From assembly GCA_963799845.1 (NCBI GenBank), contig CAWCYI010000004.1:1-64000 (forward strand): DNA of 64,000 bases, given 5' to 3'. The notes under the pieces were generated by a model, which had not been told where the DNA came from, did not search any database, and saw only the letters and a program-made list of their open reading frames with translations. Every line of letters begins with the position of its first letter. The first letter of the stretch is position 1. The position numbers and the translations under genes are program-made. This DNA is from an uncultured Nitrososphaerota archaeon. Lineage in GTDB: Archaea > Thermoproteota > Nitrososphaeria > Nitrososphaerales > CADDZS01. This document shows positions 42,123-51,599 of this stretch, piece after piece.

Positions 42123-42134
42123 AGCGCGCGCGCT
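42123..42134. repeat. Palindrome AGCGCGCGCGCT (copy 5)
   Basis: Exact match. Confidence 0.85.
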
Positions 42135-42578
42135 CATCCGCTGCTTACAATTTTCAGAAGTGAAGATCAGGCGCTGCATATCTTTCATCCAGCAGTTTCC
42201 CGCCGAAGGAGAGGTCAGCGTCGAGCTCGAGTTGGTAAGCCCCGCTACACCTGACAAACGATCTGATTACTGGCACCAGATCTCTTCACTTGCTTATCGA
42301 AAAATGGGGTCCTCGGACCACCGAGGGGATAAAGAAGGACCGACTCTTCCTGATGGTCGTCGACGATCCGCTTTCCAGGCTCGGACGTGATGAGATTGAG
42401 ATCGCTTTAGTCGTTCTGGATGAGTTTCCCTGCGCTTCAAGAAGTTTTATGGAAATGGAAGCAGTAGAGTTAGAGAAAGAACTGGGAATTTCAGACGGAG
42501 ACTTTAAGCCGGGATTGAGATAGGTGTAAGAACCAAAAAACGCTACAAATCAAATATTGCAAAGAACAACTGAGGCTT

Positions 42579-43334
42579 TCATTCTTCTTCCTCTTCATAA
42601 GAATCTTCGTCGACCAGGTCGTCGCCAGACTCATTGGGTGCTAGTTCGGTCTGGTCATTTTCATCGCCCGGTTTATCGTCCGCACCGACCTTCAAATCTC
42701 TCTCTACGCAATAATCCTTCTTCCTTTCAGCCAACACTTTAGAATTTACTTCTTCGAGATCGAATAAACCGATCTTCCCGAGCATCTGAAATCTCTCCAC
42801 GTCTTTTTGGGTGATCAGCACCAATCTCCCCGAAGGAAGGGGTAGAGTTCCCCTATTGACAACAACGTAGTCAAAAATTGCCTCACAAATTTTTGCTAGT
42901 ATTACTTCGGTGAGTGGCGGCTCGTTACCACTTCGAAGCTTCTCCCTGTAATTTCGCAGGGAAGGGTCGAGCTCTTTTAGGAACGGGTGCTTTTTTTCAT
43001 CTCCATATCTGATCAGCTCACGGACATTGATTAGAGCTTCGTACTTGCCATTTCCCAAGTCGTTGGTCTTGATTTCCCCCGCCATCTGAGTTAAACGAGC
43101 TCTCAGTTCTTGGGGAGATTCTTCTTTCTGTGGCACCTTGTGAGTATCAGCGTTAAGCGCGGAGCTCTCCAAGTCTTTCTTTAATAGCGACCGCACGTAA
43201 TCGCTCGGGCTTCGGAACCCCCGTTTTTGCGCCTCTCTTTGCAGGAGATTAGCCTCTGCCTCGGGCATATGGATGTAAACGCTCTTTCTTTGATTGTTCG
43301 CACTCTCGATCTTAGTTGGTGGCTGAGTTACCAT
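42579..43334 (-). CDS. CopG/RHH-domain protein with acidic tail
   Basis: SVYIHMPEAEANLLQREAQKRGFRSPSDYVRSLL. Confidence 0.7.
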   Translation of the reverse strand: MVTQPPTKIESANNQRKSVYIHMPEAEANLLQREAQKRGFRSPSDYVRSLLKKDLESSALNADTHKVPQKEESPQELRARLTQMAGEIKTNDLGNGKYEALINVRELIRYGDEKKHPFLKELDPSLRNYREKLRSGNEPPLTEVILAKICEAIFDYVVVNRGTLPLPSGRLVLITQKDVERFQMLGKIGLFDLEEVNSKVLAERKKDYCVERDLKVGADDKPGDENDQTELAPNESGDDLVDEDSYEEEEE

Positions 43335-43341
43335 TTTTTAC

Positions 43342-43641
43342 TTACGCCCTAATTTCTGGTTGCCATCGAAAAAACGGCTGATCCTTTCTTTGAAGTAGAG
43401 CTTCGTGTTCAGCGTCGACATAGTTTGCAACATAGGCTTCTTCTTCGCGTTGAATTTTCAATATCAATGCTTTCGAGATGTAGCACCGCTTTGTCGTTGT
43501 TCTCATTACGTTTTGCTTCTCATCATGGTCGAAATAGATAAACTGCCGACCAGAATTTTTTCGCTTGCAGACACGACGCTCGCCGTACTTACCGCAGCGA
43601 GGACAGAGTCTTTCGTTTTTCAGCTTTTTTTCCGTTAACAT
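43342..43641 (-). CDS. Zn-finger protein, copy D (with C-terminal extension)
   Basis: LCPRCGKYG...FIYFDH...KRCYI; start placed at ATG 43641. Confidence 0.7.
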   Translation of the reverse strand: MLTEKKLKNERLCPRCGKYGERRVCKRKNSGRQFIYFDHDEKQNVMRTTTKRCYISKALILKIQREEEAYVANYVDAEHEALLQRKDQPFFRWQPEIRA

Positions 43642-43719
43642 ATCCCCAGTCAGCACCCCCGCGCACCTCGGGAATTCTCGTAGTATTAAATAAGCCAACG
43701 GGGCATCCCCGTTCCAGTT

Positions 43720-44055
43720 GTGATCTCACCAGAGTTGTACAACGAGGATTCTCAACAAGAAATCAGGGACCTAATTACACTAACATTTGACACGCCAGAT
43801 TCAAAGTCCGAAGCCCAGCAGCAGCTTTGCGAATGGTGTCAAAAGATTCGCAGATGCGCGCGCTTCGGTCTTTGGATACATTCTATTTCTGGCGACGGGG
43901 ATCCACCAACCTATCAAATGTTGTGCGGTCTTTGTCTCACTCAACTTCGGATGAGGTTTGAGAAAGGACTTCCTGGTATGCTAAGCTCAGACCAGCTCTC
44001 TGACTTGCAATCGTGGATTGTAGAGCTATACCGCGAGGGCGCAGGAAACAAGTAG
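43720..44055 (+). CDS. Hypothetical Cys-rich protein
   Basis: CEWC...CGLC motifs. Confidence 0.45.
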   Translation: MISPELYNEDSQQEIRDLITLTFDTPDSKSEAQQQLCEWCQKIRRCARFGLWIHSISGDGDPPTYQMLCGLCLTQLRMRFEKGLPGMLSSDQLSDLQSWIVELYREGAGNK

Positions 44056-44345
44056 ACGACTGAGACTCGTTTCGTGTCAAAGACTAGCGGTCAAAAGTGA
44101 ATCTGTCCGAAAGCATCTCATTGAATATCTTCCGATTTTTGCAGATGTAAATTGGTGGGAGGTAAAATCATCTGACTTTGAAGATCTTGTTTATTCTCGA
44201 TTGAACCAGAATTACGAATCGGCCCACAATCTAAAGTTACACTGGATGCGGCCCTCGTCGATTTATCAGACCTCAAAATTTTCTTTGTGACGATCTACTT
44301 TCGCACTTGTTAGAAATGATCAATAACTGGCAATTCTGAAGGAAC

Positions 44346-44813
44346 TTACGCAGGCCTCGAACTTCTTCGGCTTCCTAATTTTGTGTTGGTTCGTCGACAG
44401 AGATTCGTTCTTGCTTGACGTGCTTTACTCGGAACTCCGCCTGGGATGGGTTTTGATTCGTCACCGATCTCAAGAACTTTGAGAATCTTCGGCATAAGAA
44501 CTGACTTGCGAATCGCTGTTTCATCATCGTAGCCGTCCATAATCTTCTTGATAGATAGTCGGAGTTTGTCTAACTGATCCTGAATTTCAAACGCTGGTCT
44601 TTTCAAGTCCTGGCGCAGTTCGACCCGCGCAATCTCCGCGCGTACCATCGATTGTTCTGTAAGCCCAAGCTCTTTTACCTCGCTATCATAAATTGGAAGA
44701 TAGAAGCTCAAAGTCTGCTTTCCTGGATATTTTCTTGATCCACGCTTTAGGAGTAAGAGCTTACGTGTTCCAATCAACGTTCTTATATCATCTTGAGTAA
44801 ACGGGCACTGCAT
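44346..44813 (-). CDS. Hypothetical protein
   Basis: 155-aa ORF adjacent to attR. Confidence 0.5.
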   Translation of the reverse strand: MQCPFTQDDIRTLIGTRKLLLLKRGSRKYPGKQTLSFYLPIYDSEVKELGLTEQSMVRAEIARVELRQDLKRPAFEIQDQLDKLRLSIKKIMDGYDDETAIRKSVLMPKILKVLEIGDESKPIPGGVPSKARQARTNLCRRTNTKLGSRRSSRPA

Positions 44814-44928
44814 ACGCAGTAATTGTTTTTACCGTGGTTAAGTTATTCTGTATCTGCAAAGCAGGCTCTTTTCCGAGACGAAATCGTTTCAAATTCCAAC
44901 TCGACTTAAACCCATTTTGGTCTGAATA

Positions 44929-44943
44929 CGGTCCGGCCCACAC
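44929..44943 (+). repeat. attR
   Basis: CGGTCCGGCCCACAC identical to the tRNA-Ile 3' end and flank. Confidence 0.9.
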
Positions 44944-45082
44944 TTTTCAATTGCGAATGATTCGCGCAGGGATTCTACCTTTCTTCAGACTTACAGATCA
45001 TACTACAGGAGTAGGGCTGGCGTTCTTAATTTTGGGAAAGACTTTTTACGTCTTTTACTCTTTTTAGTAATCTGCGGAGAAA

Positions 45083-45457
45083 ATGGCGGACCTCATCACT
45101 CCCGTTATCCTCGCATCTTTCGGTGGAGCGGTGATATTGGTCGTTCTAGGATTTTTACTTCTGAGGCAGAGATCTGGAAAGCCGAGCTTCGAAAGTCAGG
45201 ATTATTACAAGACGTACCGGAGGCCCGATAGATTCTCTCAACCCCAATATAGGCAGGGCCAATCTCCTCAGGAGCAAAAGCAGCAGAGAACAATACTGAT
45301 CGCCGTCATAGTTCTGATAGGAGCTTCCATTGCTCTGGCGATATACGAGCCGCTCTACGGGTTGTTGTTACTTTTTCTCCTGCCCATAATTGTGAGGTTC
45401 ATGCGGGCCAGATCCGAGACGAGAAGGGCACCGCACGACGAGAATCAATCTTACTAG
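45083..45457 (+). CDS. Small membrane protein
   Basis: Three hydrophobic segments. Confidence 0.7.
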   Translation: MADLITPVILASFGGAVILVVLGFLLLRQRSGKPSFESQDYYKTYRRPDRFSQPQYRQGQSPQEQKQQRTILIAVIVLIGASIALAIYEPLYGLLLLFLLPIIVRFMRARSETRRAPHDENQSY

Positions 45458-45488
45458 ATTCTAGAGAACCGTTCGCATCAGATTTCAG

Positions 45489-45890
45489 ATGGGAAATCCA
45501 AAGTTCGCGATCATCTGCGAGGAAGAATCCGGACGAGTTCTCTCCAACGAACACTCGGTAGATATTTGGGACTCTTTGCAAGATCTAATCAGAGTCCTCC
45601 TGAGAGATTCCGAGTTGGCAGATGAATCGATCCTCTATGCGTGGAAGGAACAGCACCACAGGGCTACAGCGAGAGAGCCGTATGCATGGCGGGCTGTGCT
45701 TGAGGAGATAAAAAATTCGGACCTTGGCTCAAAATGCGCCGACCTTCAAGGGAAGGAGGAATTTGTTCTGATGACAGATAAACCCACGATGCTAAAGATC
45801 GCCGGCGAAATTACGAGCAGTCTGCTTCACTCGTACTCTTCGAGACACCGGATCTCTTTCGTTCAGAGCGTGTCGAAAGTTCCGTCCTGA
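45489..45890 (+). CDS. Hypothetical protein
   Basis: 133-aa ORF. Confidence 0.6.
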   Translation: MGNPKFAIICEEESGRVLSNEHSVDIWDSLQDLIRVLLRDSELADESILYAWKEQHHRATAREPYAWRAVLEEIKNSDLGSKCADLQGKEEFVLMTDKPTMLKIAGEITSSLLHSYSSRHRISFVQSVSKVPS

Positions 45891-46558
45891 TTTGCTCGGA
45901 AGAACTTTTCGACTTCGGTGTTGAACAGCCCACACTCAACGACGCCAGGGATCATCTTGATTTCTTTCTCAAGATCCCGCGGGATAGAGATCTCCGACGG
46001 AAACTGGCAATCCAAGATAATGTTCCCCGATTCAGAATAGTATGGATATCCCTTTTCCAGTTTTCTCAAAACCGGATCTGCACCGAACTTTCTCCTTATC
46101 TCACTTGATGTCGTAAGGTACGAGAACTGGACTACTTCTACCGGAACCGATCTGTCGAGCTTCTTCACGTACTTGGACTGGTCTGCCAAGATGTAGCATC
46201 TCTTCGAGGCCGAAATCAGTATTTTTTCTTTGAGCAAGGCGCCGCCGCCACCCTTGATCATCGACCTCGTTGAAAGAGAAATCTGGTCCGCACCGTCTAC
46301 TACAACATCGATTGATTCAGGACATCGTCCAGAATCCTTTGCCAGATCAAGCCCACTATCTCGCGCCAGCATGAAGGACTGCATCGAGGAGGGCACGACT
46401 GAAATTCTGATCGATTCTGACTTTATTCGCTCACCGAGAGCCTTGGCAAATCTGGCAACCGCTGACCCGCTTCCCAACCCCAGAGTCTCGCCGGCAACAA
46501 TACTTTGGGCCGCACTCTCTGCCATCTTCTGGAACGCGGCGTCAAGACCTGAACTCAA
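45863..46558 (-). CDS. rpiA: Ribose-5-phosphate isomerase A
   Basis: GLGSGS, DGADQ, IKGGGGALLKEKI, PGVVECGLF. Confidence 0.95.
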   Translation of the reverse strand: MSSGLDAAFQKMAESAAQSIVAGETLGLGSGSAVARFAKALGERIKSESIRISVVPSSMQSFMLARDSGLDLAKDSGRCPESIDVVVDGADQISLSTRSMIKGGGGALLKEKILISASKRCYILADQSKYVKKLDRSVPVEVVQFSYLTTSSEIRRKFGADPVLRKLEKGYPYYSESGNIILDCQFPSEISIPRDLEKEIKMIPGVVECGLFNTEVEKFFRANQDGTFDTL

Positions 46559-47383
46559 GCGCTATCGACATCTAATCTTTCGAGTCTGTCAAGTGCTTCC
46601 AGTAGCTCTTTCTGAAGTTCCTCAACTTTGTCCGCAGGTTTTTTCCTTTCCTGAATCGAAACCGCCGAGGACGCCTTTGGAATTACTGGCACGTCAGATT
46701 GGTGCTCGGCCATCGGGTCGATACGCGGTGATGGCTTTTCGTTCTGAAGCATGTCGGAAATATCCGGTACTGGAGTTCCCCTCTGCGACTCGTCGATGGA
46801 CGGGAGTTGAATTACCGGGGGCGAAGGCTGCTTTTGAGTCATTTCAGCGATAAGGGGTTCAGCTGAGCTTCCTCGTACTTTCGATCCGCCTTTCAATTGC
46901 ATCTATCTTCTGCTCAACGAGCTGAACGAGCTGGTTTCGGAGAGTTTCCAAATCTCCAACTTGAATGAAGGCGTCCATCTTCGTGATTTTGTCATCGAGC
47001 GACTTTAGCTCCGCGACGTACTTCGCGCCGAGAATTTCCCTTTCTGCTTTCGTAATCTCTTTAGCAGCCTCTGCCTCGTATAGGCGAGTCAGGGCCGCCG
47101 ATACCAACTCTTTCTCTAAAATTAGAGTTCGGAGCTCCCGCTTGCTTTTTTCTAGTTCGCTTTTCGGAATTGTCCTCGACAAATTAGCGTTGGTCAAAAG
47201 AACAGAAGAAGATTCGGTAGGAGCTGGAGTGGCATCTTTCGGCTCAGTGGTAGCGGGGCTAGATTCAGTTGTAACTTCGGGCTTTTGATTTGAATTATTC
47301 CTAGAAAAATAGACGGCGATCGATCCTGCGGCTACGCCGACCGCCGCGCTGCCGGCGGCAATGATGATTTCACTTGCAGACAA
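46555..47383 (-). CDS. Membrane-anchored coiled-coil protein (frameshifted, two ORFs)
   Basis: N-terminal TM helix and coiled coil in 46859-47383; continuation in 46555-46902. Confidence 0.6.
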
Positions 47384-47410
47384 AAATGCAATTCCCTTTG
47401 GGGACAGATT

Positions 47411-47581
47411 CTAACCGCGGAACCTAGTCATCCAAGAGTACTGTCGCATTTTCGTTGAGGCGCCAAATCCGCACGATGAGCATCTCTTGTACCTCAAGTG
47501 ATAAGAGTGATGCCCGCACCGCCTGCACCTAATGTGGGTCTTTTTCCGACCCATCTTTCCCATCGAAGAAGTTCCTCTCAT
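47411..47581 (-). CDS. rpl37e: 50S ribosomal protein L37e (absent from ORF track)
   Basis: [40 protein letters not shown]. Confidence 0.95.
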   Translation of the reverse strand: MRGTSSMGKMGRKKTHIRCRRCGHHSYHLRYKRCSSCGFGASTKMRQYSWMTRFRG

Positions 47582-47610
47582 ACTATCTCACACTAAACAG
47601 AATTCCGGCT

Positions 47611-47877
47611 TTATCCCTTCGGAGGCGGGGAAATTATAACCACATTGTCCCCTCGAACTACGATAGTCCCGAGTGAACTGGTCTTACCCTCCTCTACAAT
47701 CTCCTCAGAAGATTCAAGAAGCAAATTCATGTGTTGGTCAAACCCCTGCAGATTACCTCTGATGACCTTGCCGCCTTTAAGTTTGATCAGGACAATTTTT
47801 CCGACGCTCTCATCTAGAACTCGAACAGCCATGTCCTGAGACATTTCAATCCATCCTGATCCTGTAGAACCGCCCAT
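47611..47877 (-). CDS. Sm-like (LSm) RNA-binding protein
   Basis: VLIKLKGG..IRGNLQGFDQHMNLLL...VRGDNVVII; conserved linkage with L37e; true start probably MSQDM. Confidence 0.95.
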   Translation of the reverse strand: MGGSTGSGWIEMSQDMAVRVLDESVGKIVLIKLKGGKVIRGNLQGFDQHMNLLLESSEEIVEEGKTSSLGTIVVRGDNVVIISPPPKG

Positions 47878-47941
47878 TTCTTTTGATCAAGCTTATTAAG
47901 CATTATTTGCCGGAAGACGAATCTGCGATGACCGTTTCTTA

Positions 47942-48454
47942 ATGAGAACGTACCATATGTCGAAGAGCTCGAGGGATGAGCTTAGCGAGAGCCTCTCGAA
48001 ATTCCCTAATGTCCAGCCGATCAAGTCCAAGGACCTGAAGATCGCAGAGGGAGACGATCCAAGTATAGCGATCATCTTTGACGAGAATGAGAAGATCTAT
48101 CTGGGGAGCAGGAAAAAGAAAAAAGATGAGAAAGACTCCGGGCAGATTTTCTTTCCCCTCCTCAAGGACGCCTGGCTTCTACCAACCCGACCCGTCGTAA
48201 CTGTTGACAGCGGGGCGGTGAAATTCGTGGTCAGTGGGGCCAATATCATGAGGCCCGGAATCACTAAAATTGAGGGTGATTTCAACGCCGGCGATCTCGT
48301 CGTAGTCAAGGAGGAAAAATACGGGAAGGCGATTGCCGTCGGACTTGCAAAGGCCTCGAAGGCCGAGGTTGAATCGGCGAAAAAAGGAGTCGTGATCGAG
48401 AACCTGCACTACGCAGGAGACAAGTACTGGAGCATGCTGAAGGAAATAAGCTGA
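47942..48454 (+). CDS. PUA-domain RNA-binding protein
   Basis: VTVDSGAVKFVVSGANIMRPGI...AIAVG...HYAGD. Confidence 0.9.
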   Translation: MRTYHMSKSSRDELSESLSKFPNVQPIKSKDLKIAEGDDPSIAIIFDENEKIYLGSRKKKKDEKDSGQIFFPLLKDAWLLPTRPVVTVDSGAVKFVVSGANIMRPGITKIEGDFNAGDLVVVKEEKYGKAIAVGLAKASKAEVESAKKGVVIENLHYAGDKYWSMLKEIS

Positions 48455-48518
48455 TTTTCATATCAATAACGGTTTTAAGAGGGAAATCACTCCCTATTCC
48501 AGGCGGGGTATACTGAAC

Positions 48519-48836
48519 TTGTCAAACTCTGCGGGAGCGCACGCCTCGACAGAGACTGTACGTCCCACACCCCAGATTTTGCTGAAAGCCTTTCCTTTGA
48601 AGAATGCAGATGAGATTGCCCACATCAAGGAAGACGTGAAAAATCGCACCATCGTAATATTGAAGATAACTCCTCTTGCGCAGAAAAGCATCGAGGACCT
48701 GAAATCCACGATCGAGGAACTGACTGACTTCACGATCGCGTTCGGCGGGGATATCGCCCGTCTCGGAGAAGAGAGGATTGTAATTACTCCGCCCGGAGTA
48801 AAAATCTGGCGCGGGGAAAAATCTACCGAATCTTGA
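48519..48836 (+). CDS. sepF: Cell division protein SepF-like
   Basis: GGDIARLGEERIVITPPGVKI. Confidence 0.8.
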   Translation: MSNSAGAHASTETVRPTPQILLKAFPLKNADEIAHIKEDVKNRTIVILKITPLAQKSIEDLKSTIEELTDFTIAFGGDIARLGEERIVITPPGVKIWRGEKSTES

Positions 48837-50727
48837 TCGCTTCTTCCACGCTGGGATGAAAAACTGGAATCTTGAACATTCTGGACAGCGTGTACGCCAT
48901 CGTTTCGCACTTTCTCTTCTCTCCGTGGTTTACGAAAATCTGCTGGAGCTTGGGTCTTAATTTTTGGACGAACCTTATGATCTGATTGTAATCGCTGTGC
49001 CCTGAAAAACCCTCAATCCTATTCACCTGGCAGTTGACGTCGATGACCCTGATCTTTCCGCCCTCGCCCAACAGGCTGACCTGATGCGATCCGTCCAAGA
49101 CTCTTCTTCCCATCGTACCCTGAACCTGGTACGAAACAAAGAGCACCCGATTTTTTTCGGAGTTCGCCAGCTGTGAAAAATATTCTATTACGGGCCCGCC
49201 TTCTAGCATGCCCGATGTCGCCATGATTATCGCACCGCCCTCGCGTAGAGCTTCTTCCCTGTTGCTCGGATGTTCCACGACCGTGAAAAATTCCGAATTG
49301 AACGGGTTCGCATCCTCCTCCAGGATTTTGTATTTTAATTCACGGGAAAGGTACTCCGGATAGGCGATGTGGATCGCGGTCGCTTCCGAGATCATCCCCT
49401 CAATGAAGACAGGTGCCTCGACAAGCTTCTTTTCCCTCATGTAGTGGTCGATCACGAGCATGATTTCCTGAGCTCTACCGACGGCGGGAATCGGGATCAG
49501 TACTTTTCCTCCCTGGCGCAAAGTATCGTTGATCAGATTCGTAAAGTTTGTCTCGACTTCGTCCCTCGACGGCATGATGTCTTCTTTTGACCCGTACGTG
49601 CACTCTGTCACTAGAGTCTCGACCCTGGGATAATTCCAAAAGGCCGGCTCGAGGAGCTGTGTCTTTCCGTACTTGTAATCACCGGTGTAGACGATGTTGT
49701 GAGCGCCCTCGCCGATGTGCAAGTGAACGGTCGCCGATCCGAGGATGTGACCGGCGTTGTTGAAAACCAGCTTTACATCTGGAGCTACGTCTGTCACAAG
49801 ACCGTAAGGCACAGTAATCGTGTGCTTGATCACTTCCCTGATGTCACGCTGGCTGTAGACCTGTCGGCCTCCCTCGATCTCTCCGATCTTGACCATGTCT
49901 CCCTGAAGCAGAGTCATCAAAGGAAGCGTGGGCTCTGTGCAGTAAACCGGGCCGCTGTAGCCGTACTTGAACAGGGCGGGGAGGAAACCGGTATGATCGA
50001 GATGCGCGTGGCTGATAACGACGGCGTCGAGCTCGTCCAGTTCGATGTCGGCCCAGTCGAGCCTCGGAAAAGCGTTCCACGCATTTCTAGCGCCCGGATG
50101 GATCCCGCAGTCGAGCAGCAGCTTACTTTCAGAAGTGCTGACGATGATCGAGGATCTTCCGACTTCCTCGAACGCGCCGAGAGTGAGGATGCTGATCTCG
50201 GATTCCTGGCTGAGTCTCGGGCGGAAAATGTTCTCGCCCACGTCCTTGAAAAATCTGGTCCTCTCAGCCACGCTCTGCATCAGAGTGTTGTTGATGTTCT
50301 TGATGCTCATGCACGGAATGTGCGGGAGTTTTCTGATCCTGATCTTCCAGCCCGTCTTGTCGGTGAGCTCAATCGGGTTGAATCCCTTCTCGACTGTCAA
50401 CTGAAGAGGCTTTCTCGCCTCCATGGTCGCTTCTCCGATTGCGCCGTCGAAGAAAATGTTCTCAACTCCCGCTTCGGCGGGCACGCTCTGCATGATCAGC
50501 TTCTGGGCGTCCTGCTCTTCCTTGCGGATAGACTTGTCAGTACGGACGACAAGCCTGCGCTTTACCAAATTAACTAGATCAGAGACGATGTAGCTGTTCT
50601 GCTGGAGAAACTTTGGATTCTTGGAGTATAGGGCGATCCTCGGCCCTTCATACTCGACCCTGGTTATCTCGGCTGTTGGTGGAATATGATTGAGAATTTG
50701 CGCTATTACGTTATCCCGTTCGGTCAA
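48823..50727 (-). CDS. Beta-CASP ribonuclease aCPSF1 (KH + MBL)
   Basis: EYEGP KH region, EVGRS, HAHLDH, AGHILGS, GFSGHSD, NHGE. Confidence 0.95.
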   Translation of the reverse strand: MTERDNVIAQILNHIPPTAEITRVEYEGPRIALYSKNPKFLQQNSYIVSDLVNLVKRRLVVRTDKSIRKEEQDAQKLIMQSVPAEAGVENIFFDGAIGEATMEARKPLQLTVEKGFNPIELTDKTGWKIRIRKLPHIPCMSIKNINNTLMQSVAERTRFFKDVGENIFRPRLSQESEISILTLGAFEEVGRSSIIVSTSESKLLLDCGIHPGARNAWNAFPRLDWADIELDELDAVVISHAHLDHTGFLPALFKYGYSGPVYCTEPTLPLMTLLQGDMVKIGEIEGGRQVYSQRDIREVIKHTITVPYGLVTDVAPDVKLVFNNAGHILGSATVHLHIGEGAHNIVYTGDYKYGKTQLLEPAFWNYPRVETLVTECTYGSKEDIMPSRDEVETNFTNLINDTLRQGGKVLIPIPAVGRAQEIMLVIDHYMREKKLVEAPVFIEGMISEATAIHIAYPEYLSRELKYKILEEDANPFNSEFFTVVEHPSNREEALREGGAIIMATSGMLEGGPVIEYFSQLANSEKNRVLFVSYQVQGTMGRRVLDGSHQVSLLGEGGKIRVIDVNCQVNRIEGFSGHSDYNQIIRFVQKLRPKLQQIFVNHGEKRKCETMAYTLSRMFKIPVFHPSVEEAIKIR

Positions 50728-50729
50728 CC

Positions 50730-51464
50730 TTAATTTCTACTACCGGGTATCGCCGACAATTGTTTTTCCTTCGCCTGTTTTGAGAGCTCGCGATAACCGC
50801 TCTCCTTCGTTATGACGGCAACGTCAAACCCGTCGCCGGTTCCCGCGTTTCTCTTGATCGCGGCGATGACAGCCTGGATCGCAATGGGAACGACCTGGTC
50901 AACTTTCATGCCCTTTCGGTACTGGTCTTCGATGATACCGTAGGCGACCGGAGAGCCGCTGCCGGTTGAAACTGCGTCCTCCTTGGTTAGAGCACCGAAG
51001 AAGTCAACGCTGTAGACCACGTTCCCGTCGATCGAATCCCATCCGCCGATCAAAAAATCAGCGATGAACGGATAGTACCTGTTTTGAAAGAAGATGTTTG
51101 CCGAAATCCGTCCGAGCGATTTAACAGGAATTGGCTTTTCGTTTTCAAGCTTGTACAAATTAGCGTAATACTTTAGCGTGTCAATCATGCTCTGAGCTTC
51201 TGCGACAGTTCCCGCGATCGTGACACCGACGTGGTCGTCGATCCGGTGGACTTTTTTGCCCTGGCGGTGAGCGATGTAAAGGTAACCAGCAGTGACTCTC
51301 GTATCCGTGCACAAGACGACCCCATCAGAACACGTCAGAGCGACCGTGGTCGTTCCGTGATATTTTAGAGCGTCTACTTCCTTTCTTCGGTCAACTACTC
51401 CGTTCCTAGCATTATTTGGTGGAAACACTTTTTGGGACAAATTATCAGCTCGTTTCGACTTCAA
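50730..51464 (-). CDS. psmB: Proteasome beta subunit (catalytic type)
   Basis: HGTTTV, TGSGSPVAYG; true start may lie downstream of 51464. Confidence 0.93.
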   Translation of the reverse strand: MKSKRADNLSQKVFPPNNARNGVVDRRKEVDALKYHGTTTVALTCSDGVVLCTDTRVTAGYLYIAHRQGKKVHRIDDHVGVTIAGTVAEAQSMIDTLKYYANLYKLENEKPIPVKSLGRISANIFFQNRYYPFIADFLIGGWDSIDGNVVYSVDFFGALTKEDAVSTGSGSPVAYGIIEDQYRKGMKVDQVVPIAIQAVIAAIKRNAGTGDGFDVAVITKESGYRELSKQAKEKQLSAIPGSRN

Positions 51465-51599
51465 GAACGCGCCCGAATACTCCCAGAAACCCAGTTTGAG
51501 TACTCGGAAAAGCCGACATTTTCCAATTGCGTGTCACGTCCTTTAAATAACTTTCCGAGCCCGATACCAGAAAAGTCCGTAATTTCCCAGTGATTTAGA

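Larger units (their letters stand above)
3555..44943. mobile_element. ~41.4 kb tRNA-Ile-integrated element (integrase + MCM backbone, defence-like cargo)
   Basis: 15-bp att direct repeats, integrase immediately downstream of the tRNA, accessory content inside, core genes resume after 45 kb. Confidence 0.9.

Noticed and set aside
49699-50577. Long antisense ORFs (292 aa here; also 60634-61206, 46230-46853, 63250-63765, 8965-9600)
   Set aside because: Shadows of well-supported genes on the opposite strand, with no motifs of their own.
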